NCBI GenBank assembly: GCA_964016885.1
Contig: OZ024743.1
Span: forward strand, 295,740,001-295,804,000
DNA from: Eledone cirrhosa
Taxonomy: Eukaryota
DNA length: 64,000 nucleotides
Reading direction: 5' to 3'
Position 1 is the first letter of the stretch. The number at the start of each line of letters is the position of its first letter. This document shows, piece after piece, positions 16,564 to 28,995 of the stretch. The notes beneath the pieces are model-generated. The model worked only from the letters and a program-made list of their open reading frames with translations, made no database searches and was not told the origin of the DNA. The translations under genes were made by a program, and so were the position numbers.

Positions 16564-16976
16564 GGAAATTTCGGAAGAGAACCATTTTAACTACCGATGC
16601 ATTAGATAAGATATAAATAGCGTTAGTATCCAGGTGAAAGCTATCTTTCCAAGATATTAATTCTATTTAATTTTTTACAATATCTTTTATATTTTTATTT
16701 TATAAAACTACTTGAAATGTTTTAGGGAGAGAAAGAGAAGCGGATGTGAGGGGATTTGATAGAAAGAGATATAAGTAAAGTTCAAACTCATAAATAGAGG
16801 AAAATGTTTTAGGAATATATATGTGTGTGTTTGTGTGTGTGTATGTATGTATATATGTATGTATGTATGTATATACATGTATAATTGTATTATTGACTAA
16901 AAGTTTCGCATTTACAAACGCACAACCAAATACATACATAAACACTTTGAAACATATGTATGTAATATATATGTAT

Positions 16977-17065
<89 letters not shown>

Positions 17066-17130
17066 TAAACATATATATACATATATATAAGCAGTGCGTG
17101 TGTGTGTACAAATAAACATGTGTATACAAG

Positions 17131-17162
<32 letters not shown>

Positions 17163-17190
17163 CATACATACATACATACATACATATGCC

Positions 17191-17222
<32 letters not shown>

Positions 17223-18038
17223 GTGGTGTATATATATATATGTATACATATATATATATTCATACATACATACATTTATACATAATACATTTATACATAC
17301 ATACATTTATACATACATATATATGAATATATATATGTATAAATATAACTCCTAATATATGTATGTGTCTGTTTGAGTGTGTGTGTGTACGTATCGTGGA
17401 GTTTGTACATTTGTTTGTGTATACACATAGATTTTCAATTTTCAACATAACTTTCAAAAGAAAACAAAATTAAAGTATTAAATCTAAACGTATCCGACAT
17501 TTAATGTTTGGTGATTTTGTTAAAATGGTATCTTTCATACATATACAAGGAAATCATTATATCAGAGAATGTGATTAAAATGGCTAGCAGTAGAAAAACA
17601 CCACATATTATGAATGCTTTGTCTTTAATTAGTTGGCGACGCATAATGATATTACTTCGTCTGGGTTACGAAACAACTATTTGAAATACACTCACCAAAA
17701 CACACATACATACATACATACATACATACATACATACATACATACATACATACATACATACATACACACATATATATATGTATATGAATATATATAGATG
17801 TTAGATAGATAAAATTCTATTTATTGCCACGAGGGCACAAAAGAAGGGGACAATACAAGGGGGAGAGTTTACACAAAAGAACTAATAAAAAACAAATAAC
17901 AAATATAAAATTAACAATAAATTCCTCAATAGGGAGGAGGCGTTTTGGGAGGGCCGCACACACCCCCGAAAAAGTGTGCAACCCTTCTACTCATGAGCAC
18001 AGAGAGAGGGTGTTCCCTTGTTCTTCCATCTTTTTCAC

Positions 18039-21000
18039 TTACATGCTGATATAGAGAGAAGGCCCATTCACACGCGCCATTCTCGCCACTTTCACCCACT
18101 TTTCATAAAACTGGCTGGGGTGGAGCACTTCTCTCTCCATCCTCATCCTTCTTCCGAAATGATATCGGAAGAAAAGTACCAGTTGTTGGCCGGTGAGAAA
18201 GGTGCCCGACCTCAGCCCTTTCAAACGCGTCTATCATACAACCTCGTTTACCATGGCTATTACGCACAGAAACACCGCCTCTCCTTCATTTTTGAAGGGG
18301 GGAGTCGGCATGATCGTTATAATGGACTCGGTGGTCAACCGGATAGGTTCCACCTGTGACAGCAGTCGTTCGACATAGCACACAGATCGGTGATGCCCGG
18401 GCAGTGTACCAATGCATGCGCGACGGTTTCCTCGTCGCGCACGCATCTGGGACAGATCTTTTTCGAGGGATCCCTACCCGGGCGCCAGTGTCTGTAAAGC
18501 TTTTCTCGAACGGGCAGAGCCCCTCGGTAGCACTGCCAGGCCATGGACCTCTGGAAGTTGTCCATAGGTCCCGGGCTAAATGTCCTACCGAACAGGCTGG
18601 CCAGTTCGTCTTCCTCCATGTCTAGGGCTTGTCCGAGGGTGTCGTCGCACACGATGCGCACCAGCCCTCTATAGAATGTCGAGGTGGAGTCTCCACTGAT
18701 AGCCGGGTCCGCCTGCCAGAGAGCCGTGAGCGCCTGGGAAGCGCTCGGTGTGCCAGGCGCCCAGTTTTCTCGTTCTTTGCTTGACCCAGGATTGCAGATC
18801 GGTGAGTGAGACGAGTCTCGGAAAGGTTAGTCTCACAAACGGGGCCCACACCGGTTGACCGGTGAGGAATATCTAGAGGTGCCGTAGCCTTAATGCGTGT
18901 TTACGCATCAGCAGCCACGGCATCCCCAGCCCTCCTTTCGAAGGGTGTTGACAGCAGATGGATCTCCTCACCAAAGGAGCCCGCTTCTTCCAAAAATTTG
19001 GAAGAGTGCGCGCTCCATTTTGGTGAGCGTTTCCCTTGAGCAAGGCACGACGGTCAGGCGGTAGTAGATGACGGACGCTATATAAGTGTTCGCCACTTCC
19101 GCCCGACCTTTCAGGGATAGATTGCACTCGGCCCACTTCTGGGTCAGTGCAAACAACCTTTCGTTACCTCACCCCAGTTCTTCTCCAACTGGAAGTCTGG
19201 TCCGAACCAGACCCCGAGCAACTTCACCGCGCCCTCTGTCCAGCGTCCGACGACGCCATCGGAGGGCATCGGTTTGCCCCTCCACGTGCCGAGTTGCAAA
19301 CCGATCGACTTGTCCTGGTTCAGCTTAGCCCCTGTAAACCTTTCGTACTCCTCCAGTAAGGTGCCGATCGCCCCGATTCCCGAGTTGGTCGACACCATTA
19401 CTGTTACGTCATCGGCGTAGGCTGACACCGCTTTCCGCAATCCCGGTTCCAAATCATGCCCTGCAACAACTCCAACTTCCGCAGCAGTGGCTCGAGGGCC
19501 AATACATACAGAAAGGAGGAGAGAGGTAGCTGCTCACCTTGACTCTAGAGCAGATGCGGCTGCTGTGCATGGCAGTGATCCAGCCCCTGAAAACGGGTCC
19601 GAAACCTTCCGCCGCTAGCAGCGCATCCAGGTAACTATGGTCGACCCTATCGAACGCCTTAGATGGATCCAAGTTGATCAGGGCCCCACCCAAACTGGGT
19701 TCGTTCCCAACCCTCTCTATGATGTATTGCATAAGTTGGAGGTTGTCGTGGATGGACCTGGACAGGATAGCACATGTCTGCGTATCTCCCACCAGGTTGC
19801 CCACGACAAGCGCCAACCTCTTTGCTAACACCTTGGCCAAAATCTTTAACTCTGCATTTAGCAGAATTATGGGCCTGAAATTTCTTAATTCGTCCCCCTT
19901 GTTCTCGTCCTTCCTCACTAGCGAGACGACACCCTTTGTCACAGAACAGGGAATTCTCCCGTTATGTTTCCAGTTGCAGTAGACCGCCTCGAGGAGATCG
20001 GGGAACAAGTCCGGCATAGCTAGATATATTTCGTATGGAAGACCATCGAGACCCGGGGATTTGCGTTTGCCGCATTGGCTCAGCACGTCCCCTATTTCAG
20101 CCGCTGAAATCGGCTCCTCGCAAGACTTCGCCTCCTCGTCCGAAAGACGCTGCAGGCCGTCGAGGTATGTACCGAGGTCCACATCTACATCCTACCCCCC
20201 GCCCCTCCCGAACAATCGGGCAAAGTGCCTTTGAAAGGCCTCACACATCTGCTTAGGTTCAAGGATCACCCGCCCATCCTGGTCTCGCAAAGACCGGATA
20301 GTGGATCTAATCCCTCTTTTGGCTTCTGTCACGCGGGCCAAGTTAACAGCTTTGGTCTCCTCGTTTCAAAGAGCACGTATTTTGCTTTGGACAACGCAGC
20401 CTTCGTGCTTCGCGTCAAAGAACTGGCCCAAGGCCGTTCTCGACGCTAGCACTTTGGCCACGTCGCCGATTCTAATTGCCTCTTCTACACTATCTAGCAA
20501 CTCCCTTTCCTTCCTATTTCTATCTGAGGCTAACTCCTTACTTAATCCTATTGAAACTACTCTAATCTCTCTTTTGAGAGATCCTCACCACCTGCTGTTG
20601 ACGATGGCGCCCGTCAACCGCTCCTTAACTAAAGTGTTTATCCCGTCCCTGCAAGCCTTACTTGCCAGTAAGTTGAGTTTCCAGTAACCAGGTCCCTGTC
20701 TATGCGTTCTGTCAAGGTTTACCATGCAGGTCACTAACTTGTGGTCTGAATAGCCAACCATGAGCATTTTTGGACAACTTAAAAAGACCTTATCCTTATT
20801 TCTAACTAGGATCCCCACCATCTGCTGTTGACGATCGCTCCCGTCAACCGCTCCTTAACTAAAGTACTAATCCGGTCCCTGTACACTTTACTTGCCGGTA
20901 AGGACAAGTTCAGTTTCCAGTAACCGGGTCCCTGTCTTTGGGTTCTATCAAGGTTGAGTATGCAGGTCACTAATTTGTGATCCGAATAGCCACCCATGAG

Positions 21001-21661
21001 CATCTCTGGGCAGCTTAAAAGGTCCCTATCCTTATTTCTAACTAGAACCCTATCTAGGTACGACCTAGATGATCCGCTACGGTGTGCCCAAGTCCAGGTT
21101 GGTGCAGTCGGAAAATCTAGTCGATATCTATCGGCCAGGTCAAATCGGCCGATTAACTCCTTGAGGCTGTTATCCCCCCCCCCCCTATCGGGACATACCC
21201 CTACATAGTCCCAACGTGCATCTAGGATACCATTCTAATCCCCCATTAAAAGCAAGGAGCGGAACGTCCCCAGAAAAGTCTCCAGATGTTGGAAGAAATC
21301 CGGCCGCGCTGACCCAAAAGGGGCGTAGGCGGCGACCAGCCTAAAGGCTCCGCCTTCACCACTTCCAAAGTCTAAAACCACCAGTCGACCCTTCAGGTCC
21401 AGGTGTACCGTATGTGCGGCGAGACCCAGATGTTTTTGCAGCAGAACGACAACCCCATCCTTATTTCCGGGCTGACAGAGAGATGCGTGCATCTCAAAGT
21501 CGTCAAAAGTGGGGGGTAACTGGCGCACGCTGCTGATCGGGGCCTCGCAAATGACCATCACATTTACAGAGCGTGATCTTAGGTCATTTAGCAGTTTTGC
21601 TTGCTTCCAATATGAGCCCAGGCGACGCGCATTTAGACAAGCCACTCTCAATACAGCCATG
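18039..21661 (-). pseudogene. Tx1-like ORF2 (APE + RT + zinc finger), fragmented
   Basis: Collinear minus-strand ORFs 21235..21723, 20806..21003, 20585..20821, 19454..20182, 19144..19452, 18873..19136 and 18335..18661. Confidence 0.9.
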
Positions 21662-22136
21662 TTGGTGGTAAAGAGAAAAAGGAGGTACCTACCTCTCTGC
21701 GTCCGGGGAACCAGGCCGCACAATTTCCATGGGGGTGCGGGAGGGATTGTTGGGTGGGGTAGAGGTTTGTGGTAGCGTGGGGGAATCAGTGTGTGGTGGG
21801 GTTGGGGTGTTTGAAGTTGTGTGGGTTTTGGGGGAGTGGGTGGGGAATCTTTTTAGGACGACGCGGTTAATGGGTCCGACGCAGGGGGGCCCCACGTCCT
21901 CTTTAAAATTGTCCTTTAAAGTTTTTTATATGTCCCTTGGGACTTTTATCATTTTGAGGTAGGGAAATCCCCTGCCTGGGTGAAGTTAGGCCCTTCGGTT
22001 TTTACCCAATTTTTATTATAAATAATGTTCAACAGTTTTTTGTTTCTTGTGTTTATGTATGTGTGTGCATATTTTTGATTTTGTGTGCTGTTTTTTGTTT
22101 GCTGTTGTTGTGTGTTCTTTTGTGCTGATGTCTGTG

Positions 22137-23409
22137 TTATATTTTGGGGAGGGTTTTTTTATTTGTGTGCCTGAGGTGTTTTCTTTTCTTTCTTTTAATT
22201 TCTTGGAAATGCTCCCCCTCGTCTGACGACGAAGGGGGGTCGTGTTCCGTGTTGGAGGGGAGGGGTAAATTTTCGGGTAGTATTTGCTGTGTGGATGTTT
22301 TGGAAATTGTTTTTGAGTGGGGGGGATGGGTTGGACAGTGTTTTGTTTTGTGTGAACTTGTGGTTGTGTTTTTGTAGTTGGAGTAGTGGTGATGGTCTTG
22401 GTTGTGTAGTTGACGGTGGTGTGGGCAGAATCTGAGTTTTCTTTTTAAGTTGCGGACTACAGACCTCAGGTGACATCTGGTTCCACAGAGGTAACACGAG
22501 AACCGCCTACCCTCAACGGTAATGTTTATAAAAGTTTGGTCATCCAGTGTGACGCGTTCAGGTATCTGAGCGATCCTTTCGGGCCTCATTTGAACTAAAA
22601 GTTCGAGGCCCGTTCCACTGAACGCGTCACCCGATGCCTTTCCCATGGATATCAATATGTCATCGTTCAGGTCAAGAAAACCTGTTAACACCCACCATAT
22701 GTCCATAATTGGAGGAATGGTGTGTATTTTTATTTTCTGTGTCCTTCTACCCATGTACATAGGGTAGAAGGTGTATGCGGTGGATGTAATAGGTTTTACC
22801 GAAAGTTTTTTTGCCGTGTCCTGGTCCTCCCTGAGAATGGATAGACTCCCATAGAGTCTATCCTTTTGTATGAACAGAATGTCTTTCATTACATCTTTTA
22901 AGACCAGCTCTATCCCACTCTGTGATGGTTGAGCTGGTCTTTTCGTTTTATTTAACACTGTCCTAAACATCACTCTGACTTTTTAGTTCCGGGGGGGGGG
23001 GGGTCGAAAATGATCCATTTTCCCCGTATACTATGTATTTTTTGGCTTCTGCCAGTAGCTCCTTAGCGTTGCTTATGTCTACTGGCAGGTATCCAACGGT
23101 TTTTTTCGCAGTTTCTTTTTAGTTGCTTTTTTCAATTTTTTCTGTGTTTTCTTTGTCCATGTTGATGTTGTTTTCCAGTTTCTGTGTGTTTTTGTCGTTT
23201 GTATTTTCATACAATTTCATGTTAACATTTTGGGGGTTTTTACCCACATTTTCACAATTTACAGTAGAAACATTGTGCATAATCGTATTTGAAAGTGAGA
23301 GGGGGAAAGTTTCAATTACATTCATTTGTTGTTCCTTTCTCTCACTTTCGTCAGGGGGCGTGGCAGAGTTGTTGTTCATGGTGTCCATTATTGACATATA
23401 CGTCAACAA
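22137..23409 (-). pseudogene. Tx1-like ORF1 (nucleic acid chaperone with zinc knuckle), frameshifted
   Basis: Position upstream of APE; CCHC-like motif and basic C-terminal tail. Confidence 0.7.
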
Positions 23410-26400
23410 AAAATTTTAAAAGGTAGATTTTACCCCCAATAGGGGTAAAAATAAAATTGCCCCCCGTCTACAAACTTAGGCGGGAGGTTAATTCACACGG
23501 GGACACAAAATACAAACAAACACTTACTGTTAACACGTAAAATATTCCAAAAAGGCAGAAGCTGAAATTATCTACGTCTATACCATCGGAGGATAGATAG
23601 ATAGATAGATTTCTTAAGTCACTGAATTTATTTTAGTGACATAGCTCGTATAATTGTTTTTCTCTGTGAACATGTCACAGAGTATGATTACTAGTCGAGA
23701 ATGCCAGACAGTGCTGTTTTAAGATTCGATAATCTTTCACCGGTGACTCAACCGGTACTACCACGAAATATATATTTATTTTGCGCGAAGAACTTTTTTT
23801 GCTGGTGATGCTTATTTGCATCTAGCAAGTAGAAAACGTCAACTGGAAATGCTAATTTGTATATAGCGTTTACTTGGCTAGTTATACTTCAGTGGCAATA
23901 GCAGTAAGACAGTGTTTAAGCATAATAAGTGTGCATATGAAAGCATATATTATGTTTATATACACTAAACATATAGATAACCTTGCTATCAAAGAAAAAT
24001 TATTAGCATCCTAATGCCCATTGTTTCAGTTATGGATGTTCATATACCCTAATATTGAGAGCACTTTATGTGGTCAATATACGGTTGTTTTAGGGTCAGC
24101 TTCCACCAGTTACTAAAACCGAAAGACCATAATGTTAAATAGTTATTTATTATCAAAGATCATAGAATGACTTTACTAACCTTCTTATATGCAACATTTT
24201 GTATGTTATGTCTGAAATAACATTAGTTCCCCTTAAATACTGATTCGAGCTTGTGATATATCTGTTCAATTTCGTCGATGTAAGCTTACTGAATGGACGG
24301 TCTGTACGAAATACTTAGAATGATTATTTTCATCTCCTAATTGTACATTTTCTTAAGTAAATAAGAATGGTTACGTTATATTTTTCCGAAAACACCATAT
24401 TGCGTCGTAGTTTCTGTACCCATGAATTAATTTCAAAGATATATAAACGCCACAGTTTGTGGTCAAAATATTCTCCAATATAGATATCTTTCTTTATTTG
24501 CTACAGGGGCGTACAAAAATGGTCCATTACAAGACGTGAAGGTGGGGGTTTTACATAAAATCTTTAACAATGATGAATAACAATAAACTATATATATATA
24601 CTATATCCAATATAGATAAGCAATTCATATCAACTCTTTTTTTTTACACATGACATTAAAAAACAGTTGTGTAAAATATATATATATTTTTACTTTCTCT
24701 TATTTCAATTTTTGGACTGGTAGTGACTTGCTTTGATTCAACCTGTAGATTTTTTAGTAGTGGTTCCGCAGTATCTTCAAATTTTCAATGTTTGTTTCAA
24801 TGTTGGCCACTAATATATTAACGATGACATCCATTGTATGTTTTAATATGCTTTAGATGCTAAAGAGAGCAAGAATATTGAGCCACATAAATGATATAAT
24901 TAGAAATATAAAAGTGAACATTATTTAAATGCTCCTTTTGCTTTAGTTCTAGACTGTGGTGTCTGATTACGTTTCAGAATATACTGCAATTCCAATTATT
25001 ACCATTAACATTTGATGCAAATTATTAAATAGGATTGTTTCTCGATGATTAATGGGTATGCAAAATACGATGCAATTATATACAACCTGTGTAAGAATTT
25101 GTAAATTTGGAGAACTATAGGAAAATATATTAGAGACACTTTCAACATTTCTGGTGAATCTAACTGCCACAGAATTTTAAAATATGCGACACTTGGTAGA
25201 AAAATAGTGAAAACATTTCCATAAGTATTCTTTGTGTCCCGTATTAGTTGGCTACTATATTGGTACCAGTTTCCCAAAATTAATCTCTGGAATTTTCGAA
25301 GAGAATGCCATTTTAATTTATGTCTCTTCTATGCAATGTTAGAGACAGTTTTCGCGCAACAGTTTTCAAATAATAGACATCGTTCTTGAAACTTAAACTC
25401 CCACTCAATCCTTTGAAGTTAACGATACTTTTGTCAGTTTGGCATACGCAGAATCAAATGATTCATCAAATAATTTATGTATGTATTTTGCTTTCGTTCT
25501 TCAAAAGTGATTGTACTTTAAGTATTCGATAGCAGTAAAACAATTGCTTAACCACCCAAGCAAGTTACTAAAGTGAACACTGCCAATCAGATGAGAGATA
25601 CGGCTCCTTTCATCTAAAAATAAAATAATACGGTGTAAATTAGGTGCAGTTAGTCTTCTCTTCTACAATTTGATTATGCACAAAACGATTTAATGCCTCT
25701 TTTTAAATTATTATTTTGTTCATTCTCTCTCCATGGTATTTAATTTAATTTATTCTAGTTACTGCGTGTGTGCTCCACATTACTGTCATATAATTTTTCT
25801 CCATTTTTCTCTGGTTGACCATCTATTTTCAGTTGCGAAAGCTGATGTATTAATACTTGGTTACAATTTCAGTGCTGAGCACGCTTCTTTTTAATAAGGG
25901 TTATTAACTAGCTTCAGGTGTTGTAGACAATGATTTTGGATTCATTATTACATATTAGATGTACGTATACGACATATGGAGATTGAGAATTATAGGCGGG
26001 CATTGGTTCTATGAGATGTGTTGACCGTGGTGGTTTCGGTCATCGACTTCCATATCTCAAATCGATCGAGGCTAAATCGCAATTCAGGGTTAATTAGTAT
26101 AAAGGAGGGAGCTCTCTGTTTCATGTAAAGATGCATGCGTTGCATTGATCAGGAAGTAGTCACATGTTTCAGTGGAAAAAGAGCGACTTATGCTAGATAA
26201 TGACTAGTTGCGAAACATTTCGAGAATGTTGAAATGTCACTATTTATCTATAGGTTAAGGCTAGATAAGGATATTAACTGATACAGACAGTTCAGAATGG
26301 CAAATGAATCAGTCTCTATATAAGTGTGTTGGAGAAGTGAATTAACCAATAGGAGTTGCGATCATTTAATGCAGATAATTAAACCAAGAACAGTAGGAGT

Positions 26401-26849
26401 GAAAAACAGATGCATTCAATGATATAAGTTCAGAGAATTTGTAGATCGGTAACTGATTGTCAAGAATATTGGAAACACTGTGACACCACGAAATATATAT
26501 AAAGTTAATACAGCAGTTGTTGTATGTTTTTGAATGGTTAATATGACTTCTCGAAGATGTAGATATTTCAGTTTCAATTTAAATCAAGTCAGAACAGAAT
26601 TTTTACGGAAATGGCATATATCCAATGAGATAATCCAATGATATAATACAATGAGGTAATCACTAATAAAGGCATGTAAGGCATAAAGAGAGAAAGAGAT
26701 GAACCTTTATTATATGAAAGACGGGTGAAGAGCACATACAGTCACTAGTGACTTAGAAACTTACTGTTTACCTTATGTCATTAGGACAGATTTGACACGA
26801 CTTTGAACGACCGAAGCAGTTTATCATCTTTCCTGACAGAGTGCATTCA

Positions 26850-27240
26850 TGAACATATTACCTAATGTAGTTTGTTTTTGTTTTTGGTTTTTGTTTATTA
26901 GGTAGTCCAGATATTTGGCTACTTTGTCAAGCATGCCGAAAGATCACTCAAACGTTCTGTCATTGGCTAGGAATCCTTCGTTGAATCGAAATTCTTGAAT
27001 ATTGAATTCGAAAGAAATTTATATTTGACGATAAAGAAAAAGAATGAGTGATTGAAGAACATCATTAAATTGTACACATTATTTTATAGAAACTGGGATT
27101 TGTTGATAGACGAGAAAACAGGTTTTAGATTAACAAGATAAATGGATTTTAGAATTCTTTGGATATTTAGCAATTGCTTAGAAGATGCATTTCCTCTTGA
27201 ACAATGGTTTTACACCTGCTCTTATATTTGAACATTGAAC
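26850..27240 (+). mobile_element. Possible highly decayed hAT (Buster-like) transposase C-terminal remnant
   Basis: Scattered resemblance only (W.RNP, KEKE*VIE, ..GF) across frameshifts. Confidence 0.2.
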
Positions 27241-28582
27241 GAGATTTTGTCACTTTAAAAATTCCTTTCTGTATTTATTGTTTCCTGTATCATTTTAAAG
27301 CTGAAAAAAATTATATTTTAGTAAAATAAAAAAGAATTCTATAATATAAACTTAGTAACATGTCACGAAAATAGTTAAGAATTCTTAATAAATTGATAAT
27401 GTGTGTTGAGGTCAGAAGAATGTGGTTTACAGATCAATGTTGTTTGCTCTGCAATGAAAATTAATTAATTCCAAATAAAACTGAAATAGCATTCTAACTT
27501 TAAATAAGCCAAAAATATTTTTTAATGAAAGAAAACAAATGTGAGAAAACTACAATGTGATTATCGACATCTCCACGATGGAATGAAGTGGATCTCCATC
27601 GGTTCGAGGATAAATGGAACAGCTTACTCCTGAAATTCACGTGCAGATGGCTGAATATTCTACAGAAACAATGTATCCTTAGCATCGTTTTCAAGAGGAT
27701 TCAACAGAACACATTGTAACAAGACAGGCTATTTGAAATACAATAAGTTAATTTCGATGTCCTGCGTTTCAACATGCGAAGTTATACAATATTCTGATTC
27801 AGGTACTCGATTGATAATTAGAAAATCCTTGTTTCATTTCCTTTAGAAGGACCCATCATTTCACATTGCTACATATTAGGCTTACTTCAATGAACAATCA
27901 TCTCGGACCTTTTAACCTTGCCAAACTCTCTCGACGCATCTTCCTACTATGTTGTAAGCAGGTCAAGGTTGTTCATTCCATTTATATTCTTAGTATATTC
28001 CTTCAGATCGTTCACAATGTGCAGTATTAGATAGATCTTCCCGACCTCCTGTGAACCAATTGTCTACCCTTCATATTACGTCAGCATAAAGGACAGGGGT
28101 TTTACTGAGAGTATAAACAGCATCACAGAGAGACTGCCGCCTTGAAATATACCCATGTAATATGCTATTCTATCAGTGACAAAATAGTAATTCCTTCTAT
28201 TTATCTAATGGATAGTGGCCCAGAACGAAGATATGTTTACTATAGCCCTGATTATGTTACCTGTGATTTTAGCAAGTTGAAAGTTCTATCATTTAAGAGT
28301 GGGGAGCAGAATCGAATGATTCTTTTTGAATTCCAGTCAGACTGGAACCAAGTTACTCCTTCATCGTCACACCTCTGACGTCACAGATTTGTTAATTAAT
28401 TGTTGTTCAGCACACACCCATACGTCTTTCTACTCTGTTGCTTGATCATCTGTGTTGATATTGTTATTATCACAGAGGTCCTTAAGGAATAGGTTCAGAC
28501 GAGCTGTGTTCGTTTTATACATTAAATTGTGGCATTCGATAAGTGGGTATTTTTGTTTTGCCAGGTGAGTATTATGTATGTT

Positions 28583-28612
<30 letters not shown>

Positions 28613-28613
<1 letters not shown>

Positions 28614-28888
28614 GTTGTATGGACTGAGAATCGAACTCACAACCTCATTGTTGTATGGACTGTTAAATTGCTATTCAATTTACACGTGCTCACACATTTG
28701 CATATGAATCACGTAACCTGGGCAGTCAGTCAGCGTTGGTATTAAAAACTCGGTCACAGACTGCTACTGACTTACTTTATGTTATTCTGCTACTGCGAGG
28801 AGGGGCGTTTTGGTTGTTTCGCAAATTACACAAATTATTTGATATAACTCGTTGTGTTTTCTCTGCGAGTACCGAGAGGAATACAACA
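28613..28888 (+). repeat. 5' LTR (276 bp, TGTTGTAT...ATACAACA)
   Basis: 8 bp terminal inverted repeat; matches 33289-33517. Confidence 0.9.
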
Positions 28889-28896
28889 GAGTTTAT

Positions 28897-28912
28897 TGGC
28901 GTCGACGATAGG
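28897..28912 (+). promoter_or_regulatory. Putative primer-binding site
   Basis: TGGCGTCGACGATAGG starting 8 nt after the LTR; tRNA not assigned. Confidence 0.5.
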
Positions 28913-28972
28913 ATTTACTTACATTGCCGATAGGATTTACCTACATTGCCGATAGGATTTACCTACATTGCC
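28907..28972 (+). repeat. 3 x 22 bp tandem repeat in Gypsy leader
   Basis: gataggatttac(t/c)tacattgcc three times. Confidence 0.95.
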
Positions 28973-28995
28973 GGGAAATTGTTTATCACAAAAAC

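Larger units (their letters stand above)
17811..23591 (-). mobile_element. Near full-length L1/Tx1-clade LINE (ORF1 with zinc knuckle; ORF2 APE-RT-zinc finger), degenerate
   Basis: ORF1 pieces 23119..23409 and 22137..22973 (CYLCGTRCHLRS). APE motifs ACLNARRL, YAP, MGD and SDH..YWKLN. RT motifs KSPGLDGLP, FRPIILLN, KAFDRVDH, YADD and GGLGMP. C-terminal CPRC..ETVAHALVHC. AATAAA at the 3' end; GATA repeats on both flanks. Confidence 0.92.

Noticed and set aside
24600-25500. Possible decayed MULE-like transposase on the minus strand
   Set aside because: Only vague resemblance; no catalytic motif or TIR can be supported.
28907-28972. CRISPR-like short repeats (also 61935-62275 and 54400-54660)
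   Set aside because: They are contiguous tandem units with no unique spacers, in a eukaryotic context with no cas genes.
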